From: an uncultured Eubacteriales bacterium | GTDB lineage: Bacteria > Acidobacteriota > Aminicenantia > Aminicenantales > Aminicenantaceae | DNA: 64,000 nucleotides | Assembly (NCBI GenBank): GCA_964624145.1 | Contig: CAZUXT010000002.1 | Location: 150,020-214,019, forward strand | Direction: 5' to 3' | In this document: piece by piece, positions 8,123-17,589 of the stretch | Layout: each line of letters opens with the position of its first letter | Numbering within the stretch: position 1 is the stretch's first letter | Notes under the pieces: model-generated | Told to the model about the DNA's origin: nothing | Databases searched by the model: none | What the model saw: the letters and a program-made list of their open reading frames with translations, nothing else | Position numbers and translations under genes: made by a program

Positions 8123-10345
8123 ATGTTAAATGAAAAGTCATTGAAATTATTGTTTTTTAGTTTAACTCTTGTTCTGATTATGATTGGGGCAAGCTGTACT
8201 AATACAAGCCTTGAATCAAATGATTGGACTGTCACGACCAATAAGAAAACCAAGACATTTTCTATTGAACACAGTGAACTGGGTCTTGTGCTGAAAGAAA
8301 TGAAGCCTCAGGTTGAAAGAAACAGTAAAATAATATCTCCATCTGATTGGAAAGTGGGAGTTGAGGAAAATCAGCTGACAATAATAACAGACAAATCCGA
8401 ACAGACTGCTTGGGAGATAAAAGCTGAGCAGAACTACATAAGTTTATCCTGTTCCTCAGATAGCGCCGTTGTCAAAGGAAGAACGCCTGCTTCTATGGAA
8501 AGAATCCCGGCAAGACTCGAAAACCAGGATAATGACATCATGTACACTTCATTGGGATTGGTTTCCGCTGAAAATATCCACTGTCTTTTTGACAGGTCAA
8601 CAGACACAATGATTGATTTTTCTGACGAAAGCTTACTCAGAAGAAATGACCAAGACCATCATCTCATGGATGTGGATATCAATGTCGATGAATCTATTTC
8701 TATCCAATTGATCCGGGACTATTATATCAATGTACTTGGTTTAAAATATTACCAGCCCAAACCTGATCGATTTGAAACCGCGCCCATCGCCTGGAGCAGC
8801 TGGTATTGTTATTATATGGGAACAACTGAAGAAGACCTGGTCAAAGAAACGGACACTCTTGCCCAATATTTAAAACCCTACGGACTTGAATATGTCCAAC
8901 TGGATGCTTGCTACACCAGAGGGAATGAGGCCAATTATCTTGAATGGAATAAACAGGCTTTCCCTAAAGGAGGAAAATGGATATTTGATTACATCAAAAG
9001 CAAAGGACTTAAACCCGCGCTCTGGGTTAATGTTTATGGTTCTAACTATGAAAAAGCTGAATGTGAAGAGAAATATCCTGAAAATTTCTATTTAAGAGAC
9101 GACAAGGGAGAGCTCTCCAGTGCCTGCTGCACCGCAGATAAAACAGTGGTGAGATTGGATTATACAAATCCTGATGTCATTGAAAGACATTTAAAGCCTA
9201 TGTTTGATATCCTCAAAAATCAATGGGGCCTTAAATATATTAAAGATGCGGGATGGGGAACTTGGATGGATTATTATGAAGATAATAAAGAACAGGCTTT
9301 CGATTCTTCGCGTGACAGCCGAGATGTTTATGTGGAGGTACAAAAAGCATTGAGAGAGACTTTGGGCCCAGACGTTTATATCGGCGGGTGTGCTATGCAT
9401 GAAGTGGGCCTCGGTTTTGGCATATTTGATGGATCCCGTATCGGCGGAGATGATAGAGCTGTGTGGTATCCCGAGAAAGAACGGGGTATGTCCATGCAGA
9501 TCTATTTTTATTCTCTTTTTGGAGGGAATTATTTGAATAACATCGTTTGGCACTGTGATCCAGATGCGGCTATGGTTCGAAATCCTTTGACCCTTGAGGA
9601 AGGGAGAACTGTTGTAACATCCATTGCTCTTACCGGCCAGCTTTATATGGCGAGTGACTTTATGGCTAAACTTCCCATAAATAAAATAGAATTATACAGA
9701 AAAACAATGCCCACCACACCCATTGTTCCTATCGACCTTTATCCTTACAAAATCGAATCCAATAAAAAAGATGGGGTCGTTTGGTGCTGCCCTAAAGTCA
9801 AAGAATTTCCAAGGGCTATTGACCTTAAAGTGAATGGATCTACAGGCCTTTATGATGTTGTGGCTCTGTTTAACTGGAATGATGAACAGGATGAAAAGAC
9901 AGTCGAGCTCGATAAAGATCTTGGTTTAAACAGTGAAAAAGAATATATGGCTTTTGATTTTTGGAATCAAAAGCCTGTCATGATAACGGATCATTTGATA
10001 TCCTGCGATATCCCAGCTCATGGAACCCGGGTGTTTGTTATTAGAGAGATTTTAGATAAGCCTCAGTTAGTAGCCACTACCAGACATATTACCTGTGCAG
10101 TGAGTGTCAAAGAAATGAATTGGGATCCTGACAGCAAGACATTGAGTGGTCTTTCAGAAATAATAGTAGGTATTCCCTATTCTGTCTTTGTACATGTGCC
10201 TCAGGGAATGTCTGTTTCCGAGGTCAATTCCAATTCTGAAGTGATGTTTGAAAAAAAGATGAATTCTGTTCTTGAAATCAGATTTTCAGGAGAATTTGAC
10301 GATGAACAAGAAAACAATTTGGAATGGGCTGTCAAATTTGAATGA
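8123..10345 (+). CDS. Lipoprotein glycoside hydrolase, clan GH-D (alpha-galactosidase/melibiase-like TIM barrel)
   Basis: The lipobox-like signal LIMIGASC follows the ATG at 8123, which has an AAAGGAG RBS; the track start at 8090 is probably too early. Motifs resemble GH27/36: APIAWSSWY, LEYVQLDACY, FPKGGKW..YIKSKGLKPALW, KYIKDAGWG, HCDPD. Confidence 0.6.
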   Translation: MLNEKSLKLLFFSLTLVLIMIGASCTNTSLESNDWTVTTNKKTKTFSIEHSELGLVLKEMKPQVERNSKIISPSDWKVGVEENQLTIITDKSEQTAWEIKAEQNYISLSCSSDSAVVKGRTPASMERIPARLENQDNDIMYTSLGLVSAENIHCLFDRSTDTMIDFSDESLLRRNDQDHHLMDVDINVDESISIQLIRDYYINVLGLKYYQPKPDRFETAPIAWSSWYCYYMGTTEEDLVKETDTLAQYLKPYGLEYVQLDACYTRGNEANYLEWNKQAFPKGGKWIFDYIKSKGLKPALWVNVYGSNYEKAECEEKYPENFYLRDDKGELSSACCTADKTVVRLDYTNPDVIERHLKPMFDILKNQWGLKYIKDAGWGTWMDYYEDNKEQAFDSSRDSRDVYVEVQKALRETLGPDVYIGGCAMHEVGLGFGIFDGSRIGGDDRAVWYPEKERGMSMQIYFYSLFGGNYLNNIVWHCDPDAAMVRNPLTLEEGRTVVTSIALTGQLYMASDFMAKLPINKIELYRKTMPTTPIVPIDLYPYKIESNKKDGVVWCCPKVKEFPRAIDLKVNGSTGLYDVVALFNWNDEQDEKTVELDKDLGLNSEKEYMAFDFWNQKPVMITDHLISCDIPAHGTRVFVIREILDKPQLVATTRHITCAVSVKEMNWDPDSKTLSGLSEIIVGIPYSVFVHVPQGMSVSEVNSNSEVMFEKKMNSVLEIRFSGEFDDEQENNLEWAVKFE

Positions 10346-11063
10346 AAATGTTTCACTTTTAGATAAGAATATTTTTTTCCCCGTCCTTCTATTTTTACTG
10401 TTATCCCCCCTGCTCCATTCTGAACTAAAAACAGATAAATCAATTTACGATTTTCAGACTGTTAAAGAAGGAGTGAACGTTCCGGTTTTTTTCACTTTGA
10501 CTAATTCCGGACCCAATCAAGTGAGGATTACAGAAATCAGGACCTTTGCTTCCTGTGTCCAATCAAGATCCCTCAATGATGTGGTTTTAGAACCCGGCGA
10601 AAGCCTAAAATTGGATTTTGTTTTTGAAAGTTTGGGTTATGGAGGAGTCTCTATTAACAAGCCCATTGAAATCTATCATAACGATTCCCGGAAAAATCCT
10701 CTGAAATTATATGTCAAAGGAAAAGTGACTCCTTTGGAAGAATTCCAGGCTCCCATCGGAGAAGTGACTTACAATTATCTGGTGCTCTTGGATATTCGTT
10801 CTCCTGAAGCCTATGGAAAAGAACACATTCTAGGCTCTATCAATGTGCCTCAAACAAAACTAAATTCCTGGGCAGAGAAAATAAAAAAAAATTTACCTGA
10901 TCAAGTACTGATATATATCTACTCTGAAGAAGGGGTTCAAAGTGATGAAGCAGTCAAAGAACTGAGGAAAAGAGGTTACAAACAGTATGTGAGTATTGTA
11001 GGTGGAATCAAAGAGTGGAAACAAAGGTATAAAGGTCAGTGGATTGTATCAGGGAAGATATAG
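10302..11063 (+). CDS. Exported DUF1573-like domain fused to a rhodanese-homology domain lacking the catalytic Cys
   Basis: ATG at 10302 with an AGGAG RBS 9 nt upstream. Signal-like FFPVLLFLLLSPLLHS. DUF1573-like IYDFQTVKEG..FTLTNSG..RITEIRTFASC. Rhodanese-like LLDIRSPEAYGKEHILGSINVP...IYIYSEEGVQS...GGIKEWK. Confidence 0.6.
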   Translation: MNKKTIWNGLSNLNENVSLLDKNIFFPVLLFLLLSPLLHSELKTDKSIYDFQTVKEGVNVPVFFTLTNSGPNQVRITEIRTFASCVQSRSLNDVVLEPGESLKLDFVFESLGYGGVSINKPIEIYHNDSRKNPLKLYVKGKVTPLEEFQAPIGEVTYNYLVLLDIRSPEAYGKEHILGSINVPQTKLNSWAEKIKKNLPDQVLIYIYSEEGVQSDEAVKELRKRGYKQYVSIVGGIKEWKQRYKGQWIVSGKI

Positions 11064-11074
11064 TTTTATCAAGA

Positions 11075-12190
11075 ATGTGGACAAAGAATGCCCTCAAAGT
11101 CGGTTGTTTGCTGTTTGCTTTCATTTTGACATCAATCCCTTGTCTGTATTCACAAGAGCTTATTTTCTTTTATGAACGAACCTGTCCTGAATGCGCTTCA
11201 ATCAGTGATTTTTTAGAGAAAAGAATCCAGAAAAATTATCCCATTAAGATAAAAAAATTGGATATACACCAATCATCCAATGCTAAATTAATGATCGAGC
11301 TGGCTGAAGTTTATCAGGCTGAAGATATACTCAAAAGGGGGACTCCTGCTGTTTTTGTCAATGATTTGGCTGTTCATGGAGGCAATAGATCGGTCATGCG
11401 GAAAATAGAACAGGCAGTGCGCAAAGCAGTGAGAGAAAAAAAGGGTTCTCCCCTATCACGTTTAGAGCAAAGTGATTCAGCGCTTAAATTATCAAAGAGG
11501 ATCACCTTGCCTGTGGTGATTGGTTCAGCGGCTGTTGATTCAATAAATCCATGCGCCTGTGCGGTTCTGGTCCTTCTTCTTGGAACCATATTATTGGCAT
11601 CAAAAAGAGACATGCGGCGAGTGATGATTTCAGGTTTTGCCTTTACCGCAGCGTGCTTTATCTCTTATTTACTCATGGGCTTAGGGATGTTTACTGCCGT
11701 CAGACTGATCGGCATTCAGCATTATCTATATATTTTAGTGGCTGTACTGGCGTTCTTATTGGGGATATGGAACATCAGAGAAGGAATGGGCCGGATCAAA
11801 AAAATCCACACTGGGCTTCCTTCTTTTTTACAGAATCAAGTAAAAAAATCAATCTCAAGAATCACTTCAGTGAGCGGGTCATTTATCATAGGATTCCTGG
11901 TCAGCATTTTTTTGCTGCCTTGCACTTCAGGACCTTATGTGGTCATCATTGGAATGCTCAGCAGTACATCCACCCGATTCCAGGCTCTGGTTTATCTCCT
12001 CATCTATAATTTCATTTTTATCATTCCTTTTATTATCCTTATTTTAGCTGTTGGTTTGGGTTTGACCACTACAGCAAGAGTGGAAAAATGGAGAGGTAAA
12101 AATCTTTCCAAATTTCAGGTTATAACAGGTATAGTTATGATCATAATCGGCTTCATTTTAACAGCTCTTTTAATATGGGATAAAATTTAG
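11075..12190 (+). CDS. Thioredoxin/glutaredoxin-like domain (CPEC) fused to a CcdA/DsbD-type thiol-disulfide transmembrane electron transporter
   Basis: N-terminal signal then FFYERTCPEC. The membrane domain has the paired motifs DSINPCACAV and LLPCTSGPY typical of the DsbD_2/CcdA family. The start is uncertain (ATG 11075 or GTG 11039). Confidence 0.7.
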   Translation: MWTKNALKVGCLLFAFILTSIPCLYSQELIFFYERTCPECASISDFLEKRIQKNYPIKIKKLDIHQSSNAKLMIELAEVYQAEDILKRGTPAVFVNDLAVHGGNRSVMRKIEQAVRKAVREKKGSPLSRLEQSDSALKLSKRITLPVVIGSAAVDSINPCACAVLVLLLGTILLASKRDMRRVMISGFAFTAACFISYLLMGLGMFTAVRLIGIQHYLYILVAVLAFLLGIWNIREGMGRIKKIHTGLPSFLQNQVKKSISRITSVSGSFIIGFLVSIFLLPCTSGPYVVIIGMLSSTSTRFQALVYLLIYNFIFIIPFIILILAVGLGLTTTARVEKWRGKNLSKFQVITGIVMIIIGFILTALLIWDKI

Positions 12191-12195
12191 GTATA

Positions 12196-12439
12196 ATGGG
12201 GACGTCCCATAAGGTACCACCCTAGTCTAGAACCCCGCATTTACGTACGGGGTTTACTACAGATTGCAAGCTTCCCTTGTCCGACTTCGTCGGAATCCAC
12301 TCATCTACGGACTTACGGCCGCAGAATTGCGGTGGTATATTAAATGGAAATATTCCAAAGGGAGACAATCTAGAATATTTTTTAATAACCAACGGGTTAA
12401 GTAATATAGAGTGGTACCTTATGGAGCGTCCCCCATAAC
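12196..12439. repeat. MITE-like intergenic element with ~30-nt terminal inverted repeats, copy 2
   Basis: Same element as 7821-8065. The left end ATGGGGACGTCCCATAAGGTACCACCCTA pairs with the right end TAGAGTGGTACCTTATGGAGCGTCCCCCAT, with one bulge and one or two mismatches or wobbles. It fills the whole spacer between two convergent stop codons. Confidence 0.85.
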
Positions 12440-14350
12440 TTAAAAACGGGATACAATGGTCCTGTTTTGATGGTTGCAGATATCTTTTCCTTCAGGAGAG
12501 TACAAAAAGTCGATTCTGTTTTTATAAAATTCGGCGATTTTGCGGCGCACCATTTTTAAGGTTGAATTGAGCATGTGGTTTTCTTCTGTAAACGGCTCTC
12601 CAAGGACAGCAAAAGCAGAAGGGAGCCATCTCTGAGGAAACATGCCTTCATGTTCTCCCCCGGTTGTGAAGGCATCGATTTGCTTCTGGATGAGTTTTAA
12701 GACCGCATCCTGTCCCTCTGTTTTCTTGCAGGACAGGTTTTGTTTTTTCAGCCACCTGAGCAGCGCTTCTTTATTAGGAACGATAAGCGCGACCGTATAT
12801 GGGCACTGGTTGTTGTAAAGCATCATCTGGTCTATGAACTCAGAATTATCCGTGATAGCCTCTTCTATTCCCTCAGGGCTGTATTTTTCAGCATCGTCTC
12901 CAATAAGCAGGCTTTTTTTCCTTCCCAGGACATACAGAAGGCCGTCTTTGTCAAGATATCCCAGGTCTCCTGTGTAAAGACATCCGTCTTTCAACGCTTC
13001 ATCAGTGGCTTTCTGGTTTTTCCAGTAGCCCGCCATGACATTTTCACCTTTGACCGTGATCTCTCCTTTTTCTCCTGTGGGGAGGGGATGTCCGTTATCG
13101 TCTCTTATTTCCAGTTCCAGATTATCCGCTACCTTTCCAGAGGAGCCGAGTTTATGCACAACAGGTGAATTGGAGGAGATCACGGGCGCGGCTTCGGTAA
13201 GGCCGTAACCTTGGAACATGGGGATCCCTATGGCATAGAAGAATTTTTGAAGCTCGATGTCCAGGAGAGCGCCGCCACCCACAAAGAATTCAAGCCTGCC
13301 GCCGAAGTTCTGCCGGATTTTTTTGAAAATGAGCTTGTCATAGAGTACAAGCACGGGTTTTTTAAATTTTCTTTTAAGTCCTTTTCCCCTGTTCCAGCCG
13401 TCTGCGTTATAGTCGTAAGCTGTTTTTAAGGCTTTATTAAAAAGGGCCTCGGTCTTAGCTCCTTTTTTTCTTATGGCGTTTTCAATATTCCTCCGGAAAT
13501 TTTTTGCAAGAGCCGGGACGCTCAGCAGTATCGTGGGCTTTATCTCATTTATGTTTTTTGGAATATTTCTGAGGGTTTCCAGCGCGGTTTGGCCCTGTTC
13601 AATAGAAGCCAGGCTGGCTCCGTTTTTCATCATGGTGTAGATACCGCATGTATGGGCAAATGCATGGTCCCATGGAAGGATCAGCAGCGTGACATATGTT
13701 TCGGGGCATGATACTAAGGAATTGGATTGTTCGATGTTCGCTGTGTAGTTTCTGTGAGTAAGAAGGATCCCTTTCGGGTCGGCCGTGGTCCCGGATGTGT
13801 AGCAAATATTGGCATAATCACTTTCTTTAAGGGACTGCCAGATGGCCTCGAAATCATTTTTGTGAGATTCGAGATATTTTTTGCCTCCGGACAGGACCTC
13901 GTCTTTGTGGATTTCTTCAGATTCCCATTTGTCCATCTCATCCAGAATAATGATTTTTTCAAGGTCAGGGAGGTCTTTTTTGATCTCCCTTATTTTAACT
14001 GCCTGGGTTTTGGATACGATGACCATTTTGCATCCTGAATGAGCGATCCTGAATTTAAGATCTGCAAGGTCATTGATTTTTATAGAGATAGGCACATTTA
14101 CAGCGCCTGCAAAAAGGATTCCCAGCTCGCTAAGGACCCAGTCGTTCCTGCCCTCTGATATCAAAGCGGCCCGGTCTCCTTTTGTTAGGCCGAGGCTTAT
14201 CAGTCCGGCTGAATAATCACAAACATATTTCTCTGTTTCAGAATAAGAAAGGCCTTTATACTTTGTGCCTTTTTTTTCCCACAGCAGGATATTACTGCTG
14301 AATTTTTGCACACTGTTTTTAAACAGCGCAGGAAGTGTTCGCTGTGTCAT
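12440..14350 (-). CDS. Long-chain fatty acid--CoA ligase (AMP-forming, ANL superfamily)
   Basis: 636 aa with AMP-binding signature YTSGTTADPKGILLTHRN plus the GYGLTE and TGDLGYLDKDG motifs. Confidence 0.85.
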   Translation of the reverse strand: MTQRTLPALFKNSVQKFSSNILLWEKKGTKYKGLSYSETEKYVCDYSAGLISLGLTKGDRAALISEGRNDWVLSELGILFAGAVNVPISIKINDLADLKFRIAHSGCKMVIVSKTQAVKIREIKKDLPDLEKIIILDEMDKWESEEIHKDEVLSGGKKYLESHKNDFEAIWQSLKESDYANICYTSGTTADPKGILLTHRNYTANIEQSNSLVSCPETYVTLLILPWDHAFAHTCGIYTMMKNGASLASIEQGQTALETLRNIPKNINEIKPTILLSVPALAKNFRRNIENAIRKKGAKTEALFNKALKTAYDYNADGWNRGKGLKRKFKKPVLVLYDKLIFKKIRQNFGGRLEFFVGGGALLDIELQKFFYAIGIPMFQGYGLTEAAPVISSNSPVVHKLGSSGKVADNLELEIRDDNGHPLPTGEKGEITVKGENVMAGYWKNQKATDEALKDGCLYTGDLGYLDKDGLLYVLGRKKSLLIGDDAEKYSPEGIEEAITDNSEFIDQMMLYNNQCPYTVALIVPNKEALLRWLKKQNLSCKKTEGQDAVLKLIQKQIDAFTTGGEHEGMFPQRWLPSAFAVLGEPFTEENHMLNSTLKMVRRKIAEFYKNRIDFLYSPEGKDICNHQNRTIVSRF

Positions 14351-14366
14351 TTCTTGAGCCTTGTAT

Positions 14367-16100
14367 TTATGACACCGCTGCCCTTTCCAGTTTTTTCATG
14401 ACTGAGAAAATAAGAGCGGCTGAAAGGAAGCACATCACGATCAAGAGAAGGAAGAACTGCCAGACTTCCCATCTATCCCAGAAATACCCGATAAAACCAG
14501 CCAGTGCGTTTCCTATGGCCGTGGCAGCCAGCCATCCGCCCTGCATGGTTCCCTTATACTTAGGCGGGCTGACTTTGGAGACAAAAGAGATGCCCATCGG
14601 GGAAAGGCAGAGTTCGGCTATGGTCACAGAAAAGTAGGTGGCGATCAGCCAGTAAGGGGATATGAGCATGGGGGAGACACTTCCCTGCAGTTCAGCCGGG
14701 GAAGGAAGGTTTCTAGAAGCGATCAGCATGATCCCGAATGAAAAGGCTGTTATGATCATACCGATACCGATTTTTTTAGGGGTGCTGGGTTCTTTTTTCC
14801 GTTTTTGGAGGAAGCTGAAAAAAGCAATCACAACAGGAGTCAGAAACACGATAAAGATAGGATTGAAATGCTGGAAGAGCTGGGGGCTGATGGACATTAT
14901 CGGGTTGAATCCGTTAACGACCACATACGTTATGAAGCCTCCTCCGACTAAAAGAACAAGGCCTATGATTTTGGTTGAGACCTTGGTTCCTTTTCTCACA
15001 AGGAGAGCCAGCCCGATTATAGCTGCAAGAAAGGGGAGAAACGATCCGAGGTTAAAAAACGTATACGTGACCCGGCTGGCCTCGCTGACCGTGTAATCCC
15101 TGGCAAACATGCTGAGGGTAAAGCCGTTCTGGTGGAAGCTCATCCAGAAGAAAATGACCACAAAGAAAACAAAGAACAGAGCAAAAAGCCGGTCTCTAAT
15201 CTGCTGTTTGGTTAATACGATCATTTTATCTTTATGTGCCTCGGATTTTTCTTTTTGTTTTTCTGTTAGGTCAGCGTGTTTGTAGTATTTTTTAAAACTC
15301 ACGAATATCAGAAGAGAGACCACGATACTCAACGCCGTGATGGCAAAAGCCGCGTTGTAAGATTTGCTCAGCGTCTCTATGTACATTTGAGAGAAGGAAG
15401 CCAGGTCCGTGAAAGCGCTGCCCAGTTGGGCTTTGGCCAAAGAGAGAAGCTCTGAAGTATCTGATAAGGCTCCGTCAAGAAACTGATGCGCCATGGCCGG
15501 AATTCTCGCATTATAGGTCAGTCCGGATTTGCCTAAAATCCAGTTACTTATTGTGGTGGCCGCATGAGGAGCGAAAAAGGCGCCCACATTGATACCCATA
15601 TAAAAAATATTAAAGGCATAGTCACGTTTGCTTTCATATTTGGGGTCATCATAGAGATTCCCCACTAGGGCCTGAAGATTGCCTTTAAAGAATCCGGTTC
15701 CTACGCAGATGATGCCCAGCGCAATAAAAAGAAGCACCGGACCAAATCCGGGCAGAGCCATAAGGCTGTATCCCAGGATCATCAGAATCGTGCCCAGGGT
15801 GATGGTTTTCCCGTATCCCATGACCCTGTCGGCCAGCCATCCGCCTATTAGCGGGAAAAAGTAGATGCCGAAGAGAAAAGTCCCGTAAACAGCGCCGGCT
15901 TGGGTGGCTGTATAGCCGAATTTCGCCTGGATGTAATAGACGAAAATGGCCAACATGGTGTAGAAACCAAAACGCTCTCCCATGTTGGTAAAAAACGCAA
16001 CAAACAGACCTTTAGGATGCTCTTTTAACACGGTTCCTCCTTTATCTTCATAATGATGGTCGTATATATATATTTTTTTGTGAGCAGCTTTAATGACCAT
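14367..16100 (-). CDS. Proton-dependent oligopeptide transporter (POT/PTR2 family, DtpT-like)
   Basis: 577 aa and polytopic. PTR2 motifs GERFGFYTM and GGWLADRVMG are near the N-terminus. Confidence 0.85.
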   Translation of the reverse strand: MVIKAAHKKIYIYDHHYEDKGGTVLKEHPKGLFVAFFTNMGERFGFYTMLAIFVYYIQAKFGYTATQAGAVYGTFLFGIYFFPLIGGWLADRVMGYGKTITLGTILMILGYSLMALPGFGPVLLFIALGIICVGTGFFKGNLQALVGNLYDDPKYESKRDYAFNIFYMGINVGAFFAPHAATTISNWILGKSGLTYNARIPAMAHQFLDGALSDTSELLSLAKAQLGSAFTDLASFSQMYIETLSKSYNAAFAITALSIVVSLLIFVSFKKYYKHADLTEKQKEKSEAHKDKMIVLTKQQIRDRLFALFFVFFVVIFFWMSFHQNGFTLSMFARDYTVSEASRVTYTFFNLGSFLPFLAAIIGLALLVRKGTKVSTKIIGLVLLVGGGFITYVVVNGFNPIMSISPQLFQHFNPIFIVFLTPVVIAFFSFLQKRKKEPSTPKKIGIGMIITAFSFGIMLIASRNLPSPAELQGSVSPMLISPYWLIATYFSVTIAELCLSPMGISFVSKVSPPKYKGTMQGGWLAATAIGNALAGFIGYFWDRWEVWQFFLLLIVMCFLSAALIFSVMKKLERAAVS

Positions 16101-16251
16101 ATTACATTTATAAAACTCTTTCCGTCAATTAAAAAATTTGAAATGACCGTAAATAATCAAACACGGTCACGGAATGAGGAAGGCATGGAGTCACAGAGAG
16201 AATTTTACTTCATATGAAAAATAATATAGAATAAAAAAGGGAGGGAAGAGC

Positions 16252-16476
16252 ATGGCCAAAGTCAGTGAAACCAAAGAAAATCTAAAAAAATGTATTTGCG
16301 GTCAGTGTCCTTCGTACAACGAGTGCATGAAAGAAAAATCAGAAGGACTGTACTGCGCACGGGAGAAAAGTTCTTGTGAGTTTGAAAAGAAAGGCTGTAT
16401 CTGCGGGGCCTGTCCATTGACCGAAGAGTATGGACTGGACAAGTTGTACTACTGCGAAACCGGAAAAGCAGAATAA
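16252..16476 (+). CDS. Small Cys-rich protein (DUF2769-like)
   Basis: 74 aa with an internally duplicated CICGxCP module (KKCICGQCPSY and KKGCICGACPLT). GGGAGGGAAG RBS upstream. Confidence 0.5.
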   Translation: MAKVSETKENLKKCICGQCPSYNECMKEKSEGLYCAREKSSCEFEKKGCICGACPLTEEYGLDKLYYCETGKAE

Positions 16477-16490
16477 ACAAACCCTTTTAT

Positions 16491-17567
16491 TTACAGGTAA
16501 TTCTTTTCTCCTTTTTTTTTGAGGGAGTTCACCACTTGTTTGACTTTTTGATCCATATCCTTCCTGCAGATAAGAAGAGCGTCCTCTGTGTTGACAATCA
16601 TCAGGTCCCTGAGCCCTATCAAGGCTGTAATCTTTCCAGGATTATGAACAAGGCAGTTCTTCGTGTCAATCGTGATGTTCTCTCCCCTTAAGGCATTGTT
16701 GTCGGGGTCCTTTTCCCATATTTCACAAAGAGAGGACCATGATCCGACATCAGACCATCCAAAGTCGCCTTTGCTCATAAGAACATCCCTGCTCTTTTCC
16801 ATAAGCGCATAGTCTATGGAGATGGAGGGGATTTCACGGAAGATTTCTTTTAATCTGTTTTTATCGTCGTTTTGAAGCGCATCCAGCATATTTTCCCAGT
16901 AAAAATACATATCCGGTGCGTATTTCTTGAGGTTTGAAGCGAAAGTGCGCGCTTTCCAGATAAACATCCCCGAGTTCCAGAAATAGGTGCCTGATTTAAT
17001 GAAGCTCACTGCTGTATCATGATCGGGTTTTTCTTTGAATTCTTTGACTTTAAAAAATTCTTCCTCTTGAAAGAAAAGGAGGTTTTTTTTGGAAAACTGT
17101 ATGTACCCGTAACCTGTGGAGGGGTGGGAAGGGGGAATGCCAAAGGTTATAAGACAGCTGCTTTTATCAGCAGCTTCTGAAGCTGCTTCTAATTTTTTTA
17201 AAAAAGAAGCCGGATCTTTTATCAAATGGTCTGCAGGAAGAACCGTGATTACGGATTCCGGATTTTTTAGATAAATATGCGCTGTGGCAAGAAGCAGACA
17301 GGGAGCTGTGTTTTTCCCTTCCGGTTCCACAAGGAGATTTTCTTGCGGTATTTTTGGAAGGAGTCCGGCTAAGGTCCTGGTTTGTTCGCTGTTGGCTATG
17401 GTGTATATATCTGAAGAGGAAATCTTGGGTGAGATTCTCTGGATGGTCTCTTCGATCATTGTTTTATCACTTATGATAGGAAGAAACTGCTTTGGTTTTT
17501 CTTTTCTGCTTAAAGGCCAGAACCGGCTTCCAACACCGCCTGCAATGACAACCGCGCTGATATTCAT
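16491..17567 (-). CDS. manC: Mannose-1-phosphate guanylyltransferase
   Basis: 358 aa with the nucleotidyltransferase motif VIAGGVGSRFWPLSR. The length and remainder fit GDP-mannose pyrophosphorylase without the PMI domain. Confidence 0.8.
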   Translation of the reverse strand: MNISAVVIAGGVGSRFWPLSRKEKPKQFLPIISDKTMIEETIQRISPKISSSDIYTIANSEQTRTLAGLLPKIPQENLLVEPEGKNTAPCLLLATAHIYLKNPESVITVLPADHLIKDPASFLKKLEAASEAADKSSCLITFGIPPSHPSTGYGYIQFSKKNLLFFQEEEFFKVKEFKEKPDHDTAVSFIKSGTYFWNSGMFIWKARTFASNLKKYAPDMYFYWENMLDALQNDDKNRLKEIFREIPSISIDYALMEKSRDVLMSKGDFGWSDVGSWSSLCEIWEKDPDNNALRGENITIDTKNCLVHNPGKITALIGLRDLMIVNTEDALLICRKDMDQKVKQVVNSLKKKGEKNYL

Positions 17568-17589
17568 TTTTCCCTCCTCTTTATTCTCT

